DNA of 64,000 nt from assembly GCA_965112155.1 (NCBI GenBank), contig OZ218100.1, one strand, 5' to 3'. A program made the position numbers and the translations under genes. Source of the DNA: Podarcis liolepis (taxonomy: Eukaryota). The notes beneath the pieces are model-generated. The model had not been told where the DNA came from. It did no database searches and was given only the letters and a program-made list of their open reading frames with translations. Position 1 is the first letter of the stretch, and the number at the start of each line of letters is the position of its first letter. Shown piece by piece: positions 51,301 through 56,574 of this stretch.

Positions 51301-54300
51301 GATGAAGGGGGCTCTAATCTGTAAACTCTTATGTTTTCTATTCACCTGTATATTCTCAACCATTCTCATTTTTGAAGCAATTCAGATGACCTAATCATTG
51401 CCATGCCAAGAGGAACAGGAGCAGAGAACTAGTCTCTAAAGCTCCAAACCATTAGAGCACCTTAAAGCTAGTTAACACTCATCATTGATTTTGCACTGTA
51501 TCTGGAAACTGGCAAGCAGTGCAGCCAATGCAGATTAAAGAACACTGGAATAATATACTACTGGTTTAACAAGCAATAGATTCCTTCCTGAGCCAATTTT
51601 TCCTAGTCGGTTGAATGCTATCTCATTTGCAGTTTGTTTGTTTGTTTGTTTGTTTGTTTGTTTGTTTTTTAGCTAAAAGGGCAGCAATCTAATCTCAAAG
51701 AGCAAAAGCCAAGGATTCTAGTAGGGGATGAAACAGACACCTTATTGCTTTTTAAACTCGCTAAACTCAGAATTTTAGGGGAGAAGATAATGTGAGCCCA
51801 CTTCCTGGATCACTGATAGCAAGACATAATTATAACATCCTTTCAAACCACTGTTACTGCAAAAGGCTGCTCTATTAATAGCTCCTATGATTATTCATAA
51901 TCAGAGCCTCTGAAAGAAGAGAATCAAACCTAGCACTCTAGTGGAAAGCCATTTAAAAATATTTATTCTACTTTGGCTGAAGCAGCCTCAATAGAAGTTT
52001 AACATAAACACCGCTTAATTTCTAAGATCAGAGGTGTGAGGGTTCAAGACCCTGTGGAAGTTGCTCTATAAAATACTTTCTACAGGTGTGTGTTAAGGGC
52101 TGGTTACCAGGAGAATCTGCTCAAGTTATCTGTCCTTTATTCATAATTTATACATATTCCATTGTGGAGCCCTGGAATTGAAAATGTTCCTAAAATTAAG
52201 TTTTACCGAGTAATTCTGGCTCAGATTGAAAGCTTTGAGCACCACTAAAACTCCATACAAAACAGTTAGAAATGCAAGTAGGTAATTTCTAATTGCCACG
52301 CAGTCAAGCAGCTTCCCATACTGCTAAACAAGGCATGCAGGAAGCAGTACTTTAACAAGAGGTATAAAGCTGCTTGAAAATGTGTGCCAAAAGAATCCCA
52401 TATAAATTCCCTGTTTGCTCTTTGTGCCACTTTGCTAATCTCCCTTTCTGTCACTGGGCTTAACCAAGAATTAACACAGAGATCAGCAGAATCCTTGTGT
52501 GGTTTGCAGGAGACAAGCGGCTTATACCACATCTGACGAGGTTGGCCCTCCCATGTCACCTTGGGAGCAGATAGGGAGCATGTGTAAAAATAGCTAGAAT
52601 AATATTGTAAACACACACATAGATGACAAAATATGACATCTTAAACTAACATTTACAGTCTTTGGCAGCCTTGCTAAAGCTCTTACAGGGCGAGTCCTTT
52701 AAAAGAGGCTCCATGGATACAGACTACACATGTTGCAAGGGGCATTTTAAAAGACTCACCCTGTACATGTTTGCAGGAATGAATTTCCACACACATACCC
52801 CTCTCTACATCCATGTAGCGTAGAAATCAATGTACCTGTTGTTCCTTCGCCTTGTCTGTGTTTTCCTTCACCAGTTCTATACATTGGAATGACAGAGATG
52901 TCGTAAGTAGTCAGTGGCTGGAGCCGTTTCAGGGTGGTGGTGGTGGAGGAAGGCGGCACTTTTGCAACCATCTGTCTTCCTCCTCTACGGGGCCGGTAAA
53001 CTACACGGTAGCTGACAACTTTCCCAGGTGCAGGCTGCCAGGTAACTCTCATGGTGGTCTCTTTCTCTTCATCCACTCTCACGGTCCTAGAGCTAGGAGA
53101 CACTTTTCAGTGTAAAATAAAATGAAAGCAAACATATTGGGGTGGGTTGTTTTTGTTTTTGGTGAAACTTAACTTGACATATAAACTGCAGCTACAACCC
53201 TCTGTAATATTGCAAGTATGCACATGTCCAGCTTCTCTCCCACAAAGTTTGGGATTCTGAACTTTTGGAAAACTGCAAACTTCCTTCCAGATTAGCACTG
53301 GTTTATACTGCCTCGGTAGCTCAGTCGGTAGAGCATGAGACTCTTAACCTTAGGGTTGTGGGTTCAAGCCCTACATTGGACAAAAGATTCCTGCATTGCA
53401 GGGGATTGGATTAAATGACCCTTGTTGTCCCTTCCAACTCTACAATGCTATGATTCTATGCCATGTTTCTATACTATCTCCCCATGTGAAAGTTCGTAAA
53501 TATCCCTTTAAGAGCAAAAAATTCTCAAATTTGGGAAATGTGCTCTCAGTATTTAGAAAATCCAACTGCTCCTCCATATTTGCATTTGGCTCTGGAAAGA
53601 CCAGGCCTTCTTGGCTTCTCACAACCACAGAATCTTCACCCATATATAATTAAAATGCTGCAACAATGGCTCTCAGTGCTTTGAACAAACAGTTCCAGGT
53701 TCACACAGGGTATACTGTTTCCCTGCAACTTTGGAATTTCTGCTTTTATGCCACACTAAACACTGTTTCCCATTTCCTGTTGGTTCATTCAGCACAATAA
53801 AGGAAGCCATAGCAGGTGGCTCTGTTGACTGCTGGGCAAGTCAACTCCTCCTGCATGACTTTACTGTTTGATGGTGCAGCAGCAAAGTTGGCATAAACCT
53901 GAACTTTCCAACCCATAGCTTCCTGCATGGGATGAATGGAAGCAAGCAAAAGAAACAATTCTCTGCTGTCATGAATGCAAGGACTGTCTGATAAAAGAAG
54001 GGGGTAGCCCACCTACACTCCATCTGCTAATCTCATTGAACTACACCCACAACCAAACCTCAGTTCAAGTTTTAAGACAAAAATCTATGGAAACACTTCT
54101 GAGATGCTAATGTCCTTTTCGACGAATCCTTGAATTGGAACTCAACTAGGCAACATGGATTGCTTCATATTCCAAACTTGGGTGCAAATTCTCCAGGATT
54201 CAGAATTATAGTATAACTAATAATTAGGAATTTAAGAACTAAATAGACAGGGCGCAATTCCAGCAGGTCCTGCCTTTTTTAATCCTAGTATGGTCCCTAC

Positions 54301-54981
54301 CAATATTAGGTGTGTTGAGTAACATAACTATTGCAAGCTTACCTGTACAATGTACATGCTCTATTTCTCTTCCCCCTGCAAGCCCCCATTCTTTCCCAAA
54401 AATCTGCTCTGTGGGTTTGGGGGAACCAAACATCACAGATTGGGAGATGCAAAGTACAAGGAGGACATCTCCTTGTGTGTCTTCTGGCATTACACTAGAT
54501 ATTTCCCATTAATGTTAAATTATAAATTATAATAAAATGAGAAGTTTTGAATCTTTGTTACCAGTGTTTCTATATGCAGAGTACAAGGAGGACATCTCCT
54601 TGTGTGTCTTCTGGCACTACACTAGATATTTCCCATTAATGATAAATTATAAATTATAATAAAATGAGAAGTTTTGAATCTTTGTTACCAGTGTTTCTAT
54701 ATTCTATCTACCTTCAGTTGTAGCTTCTCCCTCTAAAGGAGCTCCTTCTCCACTTCTGTAAGAAGCCAAGACTGAAATTTTATATCTGGTCTCAGGCTGA
54801 AGGTTTTCCAGTACAGTGTTTATTACATTTCCAGGAACAGTTTTCTCTCCAGACTGATCATCATAAAGTGATTTCCATATAATTCTGTACTGATTAACTG
54901 ATCCTGGAGCTGCTGTCCATGACACTCCAATAGTAGTATCAGTTATGTCTCTGGTAACCAAGTCACGAGGGGAGCCACGTT
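315..54981 (-). CDS. COL12A1: Collagen type XII alpha-1 chain (FACIT collagen), partial spliced CDS of 46 exons; gene extends beyond both window ends
   Basis: Exons translate to FN3-VWA-FN3x10-VWA-TSPN-Gly-X-Y in COL12A1 order. Diagnostic peptides include [54 protein letters not shown] and [13 protein letters not shown]. All introns are GT-AG with compatible phases. Confidence 0.98.
1563..1616 (-). CDS. COL12A1: COL12A1 COL2 exon, 54 nt ([18 protein letters not shown])
   Basis: gtag|GGATC...AGG|gtaagc. Confidence 0.94.
1700..1885 (+). mobile_element. CR1 LINE ORF2 (RT) fragment, decayed
   Basis: Encodes [18 protein letters not shown] followed by RKQRVGI, typical CR1 RT motifs, with an internal deletion. 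Confidence 0.75.
2103..2361 (-). mobile_element. Tc1/mariner superfamily (Tc2-like) MITE, copy 1
   Basis: TIRs resemble CCGTATTTTTCGCTCTATAAG; TA on the right flank; internal 25-bp perfect inverted repeat at 2202-2226/2248-2272; reverse-complement copy at 40095-40352. Confidence 0.85.
2479..2532 (-). CDS. COL12A1: COL12A1 COL2 exon, 54 nt ([18 protein letters not shown])
   Basis: ctag|GGTCG...TCA|gtaagt. Confidence 0.94.
3086..3181 (-). CDS. COL12A1: COL12A1 COL2 exon, 96 nt (GPPGAHGDV...[11 protein letters not shown]) with helix imperfection
   Basis: taag|GGGCC...CCA|gtgagt. Confidence 0.94.
4101..4154 (-). CDS. COL12A1: COL12A1 COL2 exon, 54 nt ([18 protein letters not shown])
   Basis: ttag|GGAGG...TCT|gtgagt; classical 54-nt Gly-X-Y exon. 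Confidence 0.94.
5542..5628 (-). CDS. COL12A1: COL12A1 exon, NC3/COL2 junction ([15 protein letters not shown]...GPPGPPGPA), 87 nt
   Basis: tcag|AGGGA...GCT|gtaagc. Confidence 0.95.
7228..7305 (-). CDS. COL12A1: COL12A1 exon ([10 protein letters not shown]...RCCDIPSR), 78 nt
   Basis: acag|TTAGA...AGG|gtaaat. Confidence 0.95.
7628..7671. promoter_or_regulatory. Candidate intronic AP-1 site cluster (3 perfect TGA[C/G]TCA)
   Basis: TGACTCA at 7628-7634, TGAGTCA at 7649-7655, TGACTCA at 7665-7671; motif evidence only. Confidence 0.4.
8241..8390 (-). CDS. COL12A1: COL12A1 exon, TSPN part 4 (VHIVVTP...RKTAT), 150 nt
   Basis: acag|GTTCA...ACA|gtaagt. Confidence 0.95.
11570..11679 (-). CDS. COL12A1: COL12A1 exon, TSPN part 3 ([11 protein letters not shown]...GSFHK), 110 nt
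   Basis: ccag|CATCC...AAG|gtaaat. Confidence 0.94.
12852..12994 (-). CDS. COL12A1: COL12A1 exon, TSPN part 2 ([12 protein letters not shown]...GVVLD), 143 nt
   Basis: atag|GGAGA...GATT|gtaaga. Confidence 0.94.
13231..13391. mobile_element. Penelope-like element terminal fragment with inverted duplication (128-bp perfect palindrome, 13264-13391)
   Basis: TAGCCGTGTTGGTCTG...CCAGTAGCACCTTAAAGACCAAC resembles squamate Penelope pLTR ends (from recall); flanked by the direct repeat GATGTACTGAAG at 13219-13230 and 13390-13401. Confidence 0.75.
14571..14709 (-). CDS. COL12A1: COL12A1 exon, TSPN part 1 ([10 protein letters not shown]...SQPT), 139 nt
   Basis: acag|GCTTC...CAAT|gtaagc. Confidence 0.94.
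14834..14872 (-). CDS. COL12A1: COL12A1 39-nt exon ([13 protein letters not shown])
   Basis: tcag|CTTGC...CCTG|gtaaga; VWA4-TSPN linker. Confidence 0.92.
14945..15020 (+). mobile_element. CR1 3' fragment, decayed
   Basis: TCTCCTCCTTTGGAAGTTTTCAGAGTGAGACTAGAC resembles the CR1 ORF2 C-terminal SPSLEVFKxRLD motif. Confidence 0.55.
15331..15495 (-). CDS. COL12A1: COL12A1 exon, VWA4 part 4 (GFSVFVIGV...CETATS), 165 nt
   Basis: gcag|GTTTC...TCAA|gtaagt. Confidence 0.95.
15761..15901. mobile_element. Palindromic MITE-like element, old
   Basis: Internal 17-bp inverted repeat CAGATTTCCACTTGCAC/GTGCAAGTGGAAATCTG; imperfect terminal IR GGGTGAAATCCA/TGGATTCAGTCC. Confidence 0.5.
16071..16214 (-). CDS. 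COL12A1: COL12A1 exon, VWA4 part 3 (GKALTF...TDGRSQD...IQHS), 144 nt
   Basis: gcag|GCAAA...TCTG|gtaagt. Confidence 0.95.
16666..16789 (-). CDS. COL12A1: COL12A1 exon, VWA4 part 2 (VSLVQYSDD...GGNTKT), 124 nt
   Basis: tcag|GTTTC...ACAG|gtactt. Confidence 0.95.
17760..17899 (-). CDS. COL12A1: COL12A1 exon, VWA4 part 1 ([18 protein letters not shown]...AGIQ), 140 nt
   Basis: tcag|TATGC...CAG|gtttgt. Confidence 0.95.
18321..18395 (-). CDS. COL12A1: COL12A1 exon, Pro-rich hinge ([24 protein letters not shown]), 75 nt
   Basis: ttag|TGATC...GATG|gtaagt. Confidence 0.94.
18848..18992 (+). mobile_element. tRNA-Lys(CTT)-derived SINE with CR1-like 3' tail
   Basis: TAGCTCAG...GAGACTCTTAAT...GGTTCAAGCC head followed by a GACTAGATGACC...GTCCCT...ATTCTA tail. 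Confidence 0.82.
19129..19275 (-). CDS. COL12A1: COL12A1 exon, FN3-18 C-half (GSRGQEITV...TRERT), 147 nt
   Basis: gcag|GATCC...ACAT|gtaggt. Confidence 0.94.
20134..20250 (-). CDS. COL12A1: COL12A1 exon, FN3-18 N-half (LYLNVTDL...LNPAD), 117 nt
   Basis: gcag|TGTAT...GATG|gtaaat. Confidence 0.95.
20739..20885 (-). CDS. COL12A1: COL12A1 exon, FN3-17 C-half (GTNEPMEVF...DQGTT), 147 nt
   Basis: taag|GTACC...ACAT|gtaaga. Confidence 0.95.
21061..21180 (-). CDS. COL12A1: COL12A1 exon, FN3-17 N-half ([16 protein letters not shown]...YKPV), 120 nt
   Basis: tcag|TTGGG...GTTG|gtaagg. Confidence 0.95.
21573..21702 (-). CDS. COL12A1: COL12A1 exon, FN3-16 C-half ([10 protein letters not shown]...GNGKT), 130 nt
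   Basis: ccag|ACAAC...ACAG|gtacat. Confidence 0.95.
22118..22145. repeat. (GT)n microsatellite
   Basis: Seen directly in the sequence. Confidence 0.95.
25144..25286 (-). CDS. COL12A1: COL12A1 exon, FN3-16 N-half (LPRSGPRNI...PIDEY), 143 nt
   Basis: ttag|TGCCT...TAT|gtaagt. Confidence 0.95.
25514..25643 (-). CDS. COL12A1: COL12A1 exon, FN3-15 C-half ([10 protein letters not shown]...GQGRT), 130 nt
   Basis: ttag|GTTGT...ACAT|gtaagc. Confidence 0.94.
26189..26335 (-). mobile_element. tRNA-Lys-derived SINE with CR1-like tail (reverse)
   Basis: Reverse complement of the same family (ATCATAGAATCATAGAG...CTGAGCTATC). Confidence 0.78.
26937..27079 (-). CDS. COL12A1: COL12A1 exon, FN3-15 N-half ([10 protein letters not shown]...RPSES), 143 nt
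   Basis: tcag|TAATG...TCT|gtaagt. Confidence 0.94.
27195..27334. mobile_element. hAT-type palindromic MITE (same family as 49094-49229), diverged
   Basis: CAGATGTTG..GGA.T.CAACT...GATGATGG...CAACATCTGGAGGG arms. Confidence 0.7.
27805..27934 (-). CDS. COL12A1: COL12A1 exon, FN3-14 C-half ([10 protein letters not shown]...DNGKT), 130 nt
   Basis: acag|GCAAC...ACTT|gtaagt. Confidence 0.94.
28033..28206 (+). mobile_element. Short retroposon-like insertion of unidentified family, with (TTG/CTG)n tail and 13-bp TSD
   Basis: Direct repeat AAGGACAACAAGA at 28020-28032 and 28207-28219; internal ~42-bp imperfect tandem repeat. Confidence 0.7.
28777..28916 (-). CDS. COL12A1: COL12A1 exon, FN3-14 N-half (KPLNTVKNL...GADEL), 140 nt
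   Basis: tcag|AACCT...CTG|gtattc. Confidence 0.94.
29254..29370 (-). mobile_element. tRNA-Ile-derived SINE with CR1-like tail
   Basis: Reverse strand TAGCTCAGTTGGTTAGAGCGTGGTGCTGATAACGCCAAGGTC (tRNA-Ile-like) plus GATGATCCTCAGGGTTCCTTCCAACTCTACAATTC tail. Confidence 0.78.
30523..31476. mobile_element. Non-autonomous hAT (Charlie-like) DNA transposon, 954 bp, with GC/CpG-rich internal cargo
   Basis: 13-bp perfect TIR CAGTGTTTCCCAA/TTGGGAAACACTG; perfect 8-bp TSD ATGTACAC at 30515-30522 and 31477-31484; subterminal GGCACAC motifs at both ends. Confidence 0.92.
32357..32486 (-). CDS. COL12A1: COL12A1 exon, FN3-13 C-half ([10 protein letters not shown]...GSGKT), 130 nt
   Basis: ttag|ACCAC...ACCA|gtaagt. 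Confidence 0.94.
33568..33710 (-). CDS. COL12A1: COL12A1 exon, FN3-13 N-half ([15 protein letters not shown]...GAEQS), 143 nt
   Basis: tcag|CTCCA...TCG|gtaacc. Confidence 0.94.
34609..34635 (-). CDS. COL12A1: COL12A1 27-nt linker microexon (LPEVPLTTA)
   Basis: cctatag|TGCCC...GCAG|gtaaga; phase 1-1; sits at the position of the short linker exon between FN3-12 and FN3-13. Confidence 0.85.
34752..34884 (-). CDS. COL12A1: COL12A1 exon, FN3-12 C-half ([10 protein letters not shown]...GSETT), 133 nt
   Basis: aaag|ACAAT...ACAT|gtaaga. Confidence 0.94.
34979..35032. repeat. 28-bp tandem duplication
   Basis: TCTTTAAATACAGAAATCCA(C/T)CTACAG present twice. Confidence 0.85.
36126..36469 (-). mobile_element. 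Sauria SINE, near full length
   Basis: GGGACCCCTGACC..AGGTCCAGTC, GGTCATGTGGCCAGCATGAC, GCGGTACCTATTTATCTAC and a tRNA-like head with B-box (GGATTCAAACC) at the right end. Confidence 0.88.
36714..36850 (-). CDS. COL12A1: COL12A1 exon, FN3-12 N-half (LPVPAPQNL...EEKLQ), 137 nt
   Basis: acag|TACCA...CAG|gtaaga. Confidence 0.94.
38025..38211. repeat. 88-bp perfect tandem duplication
   Basis: Unit starts TGGCAGCATGC at 38025, 38113 and (partial) 38201. Confidence 0.93.
38424..38551. mobile_element. hAT-type palindromic MITE, diverged
   Basis: CTCCAGATGTTGC.GAACTAC.A.TCC.ATCATCC...GGGAGTT.TAGTTCAG..ACAT.TGG arms. Confidence 0.65.
38589..38718 (-). CDS. COL12A1: COL12A1 exon, FN3-11 C-half ([10 protein letters not shown]...AEGTT), 130 nt
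   Basis: ctag|TTGGA...ACTT|gtaagt. Confidence 0.93.
39153..39377. mobile_element. Tigger/pogo-like MITE, 225 bp
   Basis: ta|CAGTGGTATCTCAGGTTAC...GTAACCCAAGGTACCACTG|ta; TA TSD; repeated TAACCTGAA subterminal motifs. Confidence 0.88.
39742..39881 (-). CDS. COL12A1: COL12A1 exon, FN3-11 N-half (LPLSGAKSL...DDVKE), 140 nt
   Basis: acag|TACCT...GAG|gtaggt. Confidence 0.94.
40095..40352 (+). mobile_element. Tc1/mariner superfamily (Tc2-like) MITE, copy 2
   Basis: ta|CTGTATTTTTCGCTCTATAAG...CTTATAGAGCAAAAAATACGG|ta; TA TSD on both sides. Confidence 0.88.
40681..40899. mobile_element. Non-autonomous hAT-like element, 219 bp, GC-rich
   Basis: Imperfect TIR CAGTGGTGG/TCGCCAGTG; 8-bp TSD TAACTATG/TGACTATG (7/8 match); internal GCATCCTGGGGGC repeats. 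Confidence 0.75.
41297..41426 (-). CDS. COL12A1: COL12A1 exon, FN3-10 C-half (MRVGASVND...MQEVT), 130 nt
   Basis: ccag|ATGCG...ACCT|gtagga. Confidence 0.93.
41712..41857 (-). CDS. COL12A1: COL12A1 exon, FN3-10 N-half (LPIPSVRNL...ATEKQ), 146 nt
   Basis: gcag|TGCCA...CAG|gtaaca. Confidence 0.94.
42498..42640 (+). mobile_element. Dispersed repeat fragment (related copy near 59005-59145)
   Basis: Shared CCCCCAAAGAATC.TGG...GTAGTTT and CACAGAGCT.CA.TTC(C/T)CAG motifs. Confidence 0.55.
42844..42973 (-). CDS. COL12A1: COL12A1 exon, FN3-9 C-half (VFVSRSETT...GVDTT), 130 nt
   Basis: gcag|GTCTT...ACTT|gtaagt. Confidence 0.93.
43121..43350 (-). mobile_element. L2/CR1-clade LINE reverse transcriptase internal fragment
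   Basis: [39 protein letters not shown]...[11 protein letters not shown]; YADD mutated to YAND; poly-C expansion. Confidence 0.88.
43409..43551 (-). CDS. COL12A1: COL12A1 exon, FN3-9 N-half ([10 protein letters not shown]...GGPRKE), 143 nt
   Basis: acag|CTGAT...GAG|gtcagc. Confidence 0.93.
44392..44538 (-). CDS. COL12A1: COL12A1 exon, VWA3 part 4 ([14 protein letters not shown]...CNSVRGP), 147 nt
   Basis: taag|GTATC...CCAG|gtatgt. Confidence 0.94.
44681..44845 (-). CDS. COL12A1: COL12A1 exon, VWA3 part 3 (GDALKF...ITDGKSQDD...ELYAV), 165 nt
   Basis: tcag|GAGAT...GTTG|gtgagt. Confidence 0.95.
45005..45230 (-). mobile_element. Sauria SINE, 5'-truncated and diverged
   Basis: GGTAAAGGACCCCTG...GTCATGTGGCCAGCATGAC...GGTACCTATTTATCTACTTGCAC. 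Confidence 0.82.
45339..45380. repeat. (TTG)n microsatellite
   Basis: Pure TTG run. Confidence 0.95.
45633..45752 (-). CDS. COL12A1: COL12A1 exon, VWA3 part 2 ([10 protein letters not shown]...GGNTLT), 120 nt
   Basis: ccag|CTCTT...ACAG|gtaaca; preceded by an 81-nt intron. Confidence 0.95.
45834..45983 (-). CDS. COL12A1: COL12A1 exon, VWA3 part 1 ([21 protein letters not shown]...KVQI), 150 nt
   Basis: acag|GCCTG...ATTG|gtaagc; MIDAS DxSxS motif. Confidence 0.95.
47997..48045. repeat. (TGT)n microsatellite
   Basis: Pure TGT run next to the assembly gap. Confidence 0.95.
48151..48281. other. Assembly gap (131 N)
   Basis: Run of N; flanking exons remain consecutive, so no coding exon needs to lie in the gap. 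Confidence 0.99.
48320..48368. repeat. Compound (CT)n(CA)n microsatellite
   Basis: Seen directly in the sequence. Confidence 0.9.
48478..48542. mobile_element. Minimal 65-bp Tigger-like MITE (same TIR as 39153-39377)
   Basis: ta|CAGTGGTACCTCGGGTTAC...GTAACCCGAGGTACCACTG|ta; 19-bp perfect TIR. Confidence 0.9.
49094..49229. mobile_element. hAT palindromic MITE, 136 bp, young
   Basis: 57-bp perfect arms with a 22-bp spacer; perfect 8-bp TSD CCCTAAAT. Confidence 0.93.
49707..49828 (-). CDS. COL12A1: COL12A1 exon, FN3-8 C-terminal part ([11 protein letters not shown]...PFLPE), 122 nt
   Basis: gcag|GGCAGG...GAAG|gtaaat; not in the ORF track. Confidence 0.93.
49915..50107 (-). mobile_element. Old MIR/CORE-like SINE
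   Basis: GGATTGGAACCTGGGTCT (B-box, reverse), GAGGTGGGTTAGGCT core and AAAGGAGCTCAGG tail. Confidence 0.55.
50165..50301. mobile_element. hAT (Tip100-like) MITE
   Basis: TTCCGGCACCTCT present twice; terminal TTTCTAGAAAAATGGCACTG. Confidence 0.6.
50652..50844 (-). CDS. COL12A1: COL12A1 exon, FN3-8 N-terminal part ([10 protein letters not shown]...VLEELR), 193 nt
   Basis: gcag|CTTCC...CAG|gtattg. Confidence 0.95.
51633..51666. repeat. (TTTG)n microsatellite
   Basis: Seen directly in the sequence. Confidence 0.9.
52836..53102 (-). CDS. COL12A1: COL12A1 exon, FN3-7 ([10 protein letters not shown]...GEGTT), 267 nt
   Basis: aaag|TGTCT...ACAG|gtacat. Confidence 0.95.
53310..53460 (+). mobile_element. 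tRNA-Lys(CTT)-derived SINE with CR1-like tail
   Basis: GGTAGCTCAGTCGGTAGAGCATGAGACTCTTAA head; GTCCCTTCCAACTCTACAATGCTATGATTCTATG tail. Confidence 0.85.
54447..54702. repeat. 127-bp tandem duplication abutting a splice donor
   Basis: Units start at 54447 and 54574 and differ at 3 positions. Confidence 0.92.
54712..54981 (-). CDS. COL12A1: COL12A1 exon, FN3-6 (ERGSPRDLV...GEATTE), 270 nt
   Basis: ttgcag|AACGT...GAAG|gtagat; full FN3 domain including the YRSGEG Ser-Gly motif. Confidence 0.95.
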
Positions 54982-55444
54982 CTGCAAGGGAGAAATTCAA
55001 GAAATGTAGATTAAAATGCAGTAAATAAATGCTGCAATAAACCAAGAACATTAAAGGCCATGAAATAAAACACAGCAAAACTGATGCATATTAAATTCAT
55101 TCATTTAGAAGTCGAATTCCAGGTGCCTGAAGTCAAGAGAAAACTTTTGCACACACTAAATGAATATACATAATGTAATTTAGCTATACATTGGGCCAAA
55201 GTCCATTTTAACTACTTTCCTGATCTCAAAGCAGTTTTGCTTCAGAATGGGGGTGTAAATCTAGTGACTCTCACAGATACTGCAATAAATTATTGTTCTG
55301 AAATAAAACATACAAACTGTCTGAATTATAAATAATTTGGCGCATCTCTATTATGAAGATCATAGACTTTGAAACTCCATTGCCATTTTCAAAAATAGCA
55401 GATAGTTCAGTTCACATTGGGTGGTATCAAATAAACAACAATTC

Positions 55445-55585
55445 TATTATTTATACCCCGCCAACATGGCTGGGGTTTCCCAGCTGCTCTGGGAGGCCTC
55501 CAGCACATGCAAAAACAAAGTAATATGTCAAACATTAAAAACTTCCTGATACAAGGCTGACTTCAGGTGTCTATTAAAAGTTGTG
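55445..55585 (-). mobile_element. L2-type LINE 3' end fragment
   Basis: TTTTATACCCCGCC..CTGGGG.TT.CCCAGC..CTCTGGG.GGC pattern typical of squamate L2 3' UTR (reverse). Confidence 0.55.
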
Positions 55586-56540
55586 TATATGTTTTGTGAG
55601 TGGACATCTCCCCTGCAGATCCCAATACATCCTCAAAATCTGCTCCAGGTGGTCTGCAGTGGGGAGGAGCATATGCGGAAGTCCTGTTACACTAACAGAA
55701 ATCCAATCCACTGATGTAAGGCCAGAATTGGATACAATCCATTTTATTTTAATTTTTACTTAACCTGACTGTGCGAACCTGCTGTCAGTTATGGGGATAG
55801 CTACTTATTACCATTGGCCATTTCCTATGCTTCACTTCCAACAAGGGCAGATTTAGGGCTGTGTGTGAGTGATGTGCACGCACTGGGCACTGAGTTGAGG
55901 GGACATCGGGGACATCTTCTCAAAACCCAGTAAGCAAGGTGCTGGGGCTTTGGGAAAGAGGAGTGAGGCTCTGACAGGGTCCTAGAGTCCTCCCAACTCC
56001 TTCACAAAGCCTAGTTAGTGCTTTTCCAGCTTTGCCTGACTACAACCCCAGGAGAACAACCTTCCTGGAAGAGTGAAAGGTGCTGGATTTCAAAAGAAAC
56101 ACACAAATTTTCTGTATTTTTTTTTTTTTTTACTTTCTTCTGTAAAGCTTCAGCTCTCGAAATATGGCTTTTTCATACATTCAAAAAATGACTTCAATCC
56201 AAATGGAAAAATATGGAAAAATTGTGTTGATATAATGTACAGATGTCTCAAAATAAATGGCTTTTCTTTCCATATTTTAATGTAATATGAATACATAGGC
56301 CACTTTACATTGGCTACTTTACTTCAAGCCTCTGCCATAGTGTGCCTTCAGGATTAAACTATCTGCAGTTATAATAATATTTCAACAATTAACTATGGAA
56401 ATCTGGATGACTACATCTGTACACTGGACATACTGCAAAAATAATTGTATGCTTGAAACAATTGTCAACTGAACTAGGATATGTACCATTAGATAGAAGA
56501 AGTGATTTATTTCAAATGAAGTATAATATATGTCAATTAA

Positions 56541-56570
<30 letters not shown>
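56541..56570. repeat. (ATT)n microsatellite
   Basis: Seen directly in the sequence. Confidence 0.95.

Positions 56571-56574
<4 letters not shown>

Noticed and set aside
51290-51335. Degenerate Penelope hammerhead-like motif (CAGATGAAG...TAAACTCTTATG)
   Set aside because: The CUGAUGA and GAAA core nucleotides are mutated and no stems can be supported.
53310-53382. Possible functional tRNA-Lys(CTT) gene (also at 18848, and the tRNA-Ile-like sequence at ~29300-29370)
   Set aside because: The acceptor and T stems are mutated and run directly into CR1-type tails, so these are SINE heads.
315-54981. COL14A1 as an alternative identity
   Set aside because: Ten FN3 repeats between two VWA domains plus upstream FN3 repeats, and peptides such as [16 protein letters not shown] and [13 protein letters not shown], fit COL12A1 rather than COL14A1.
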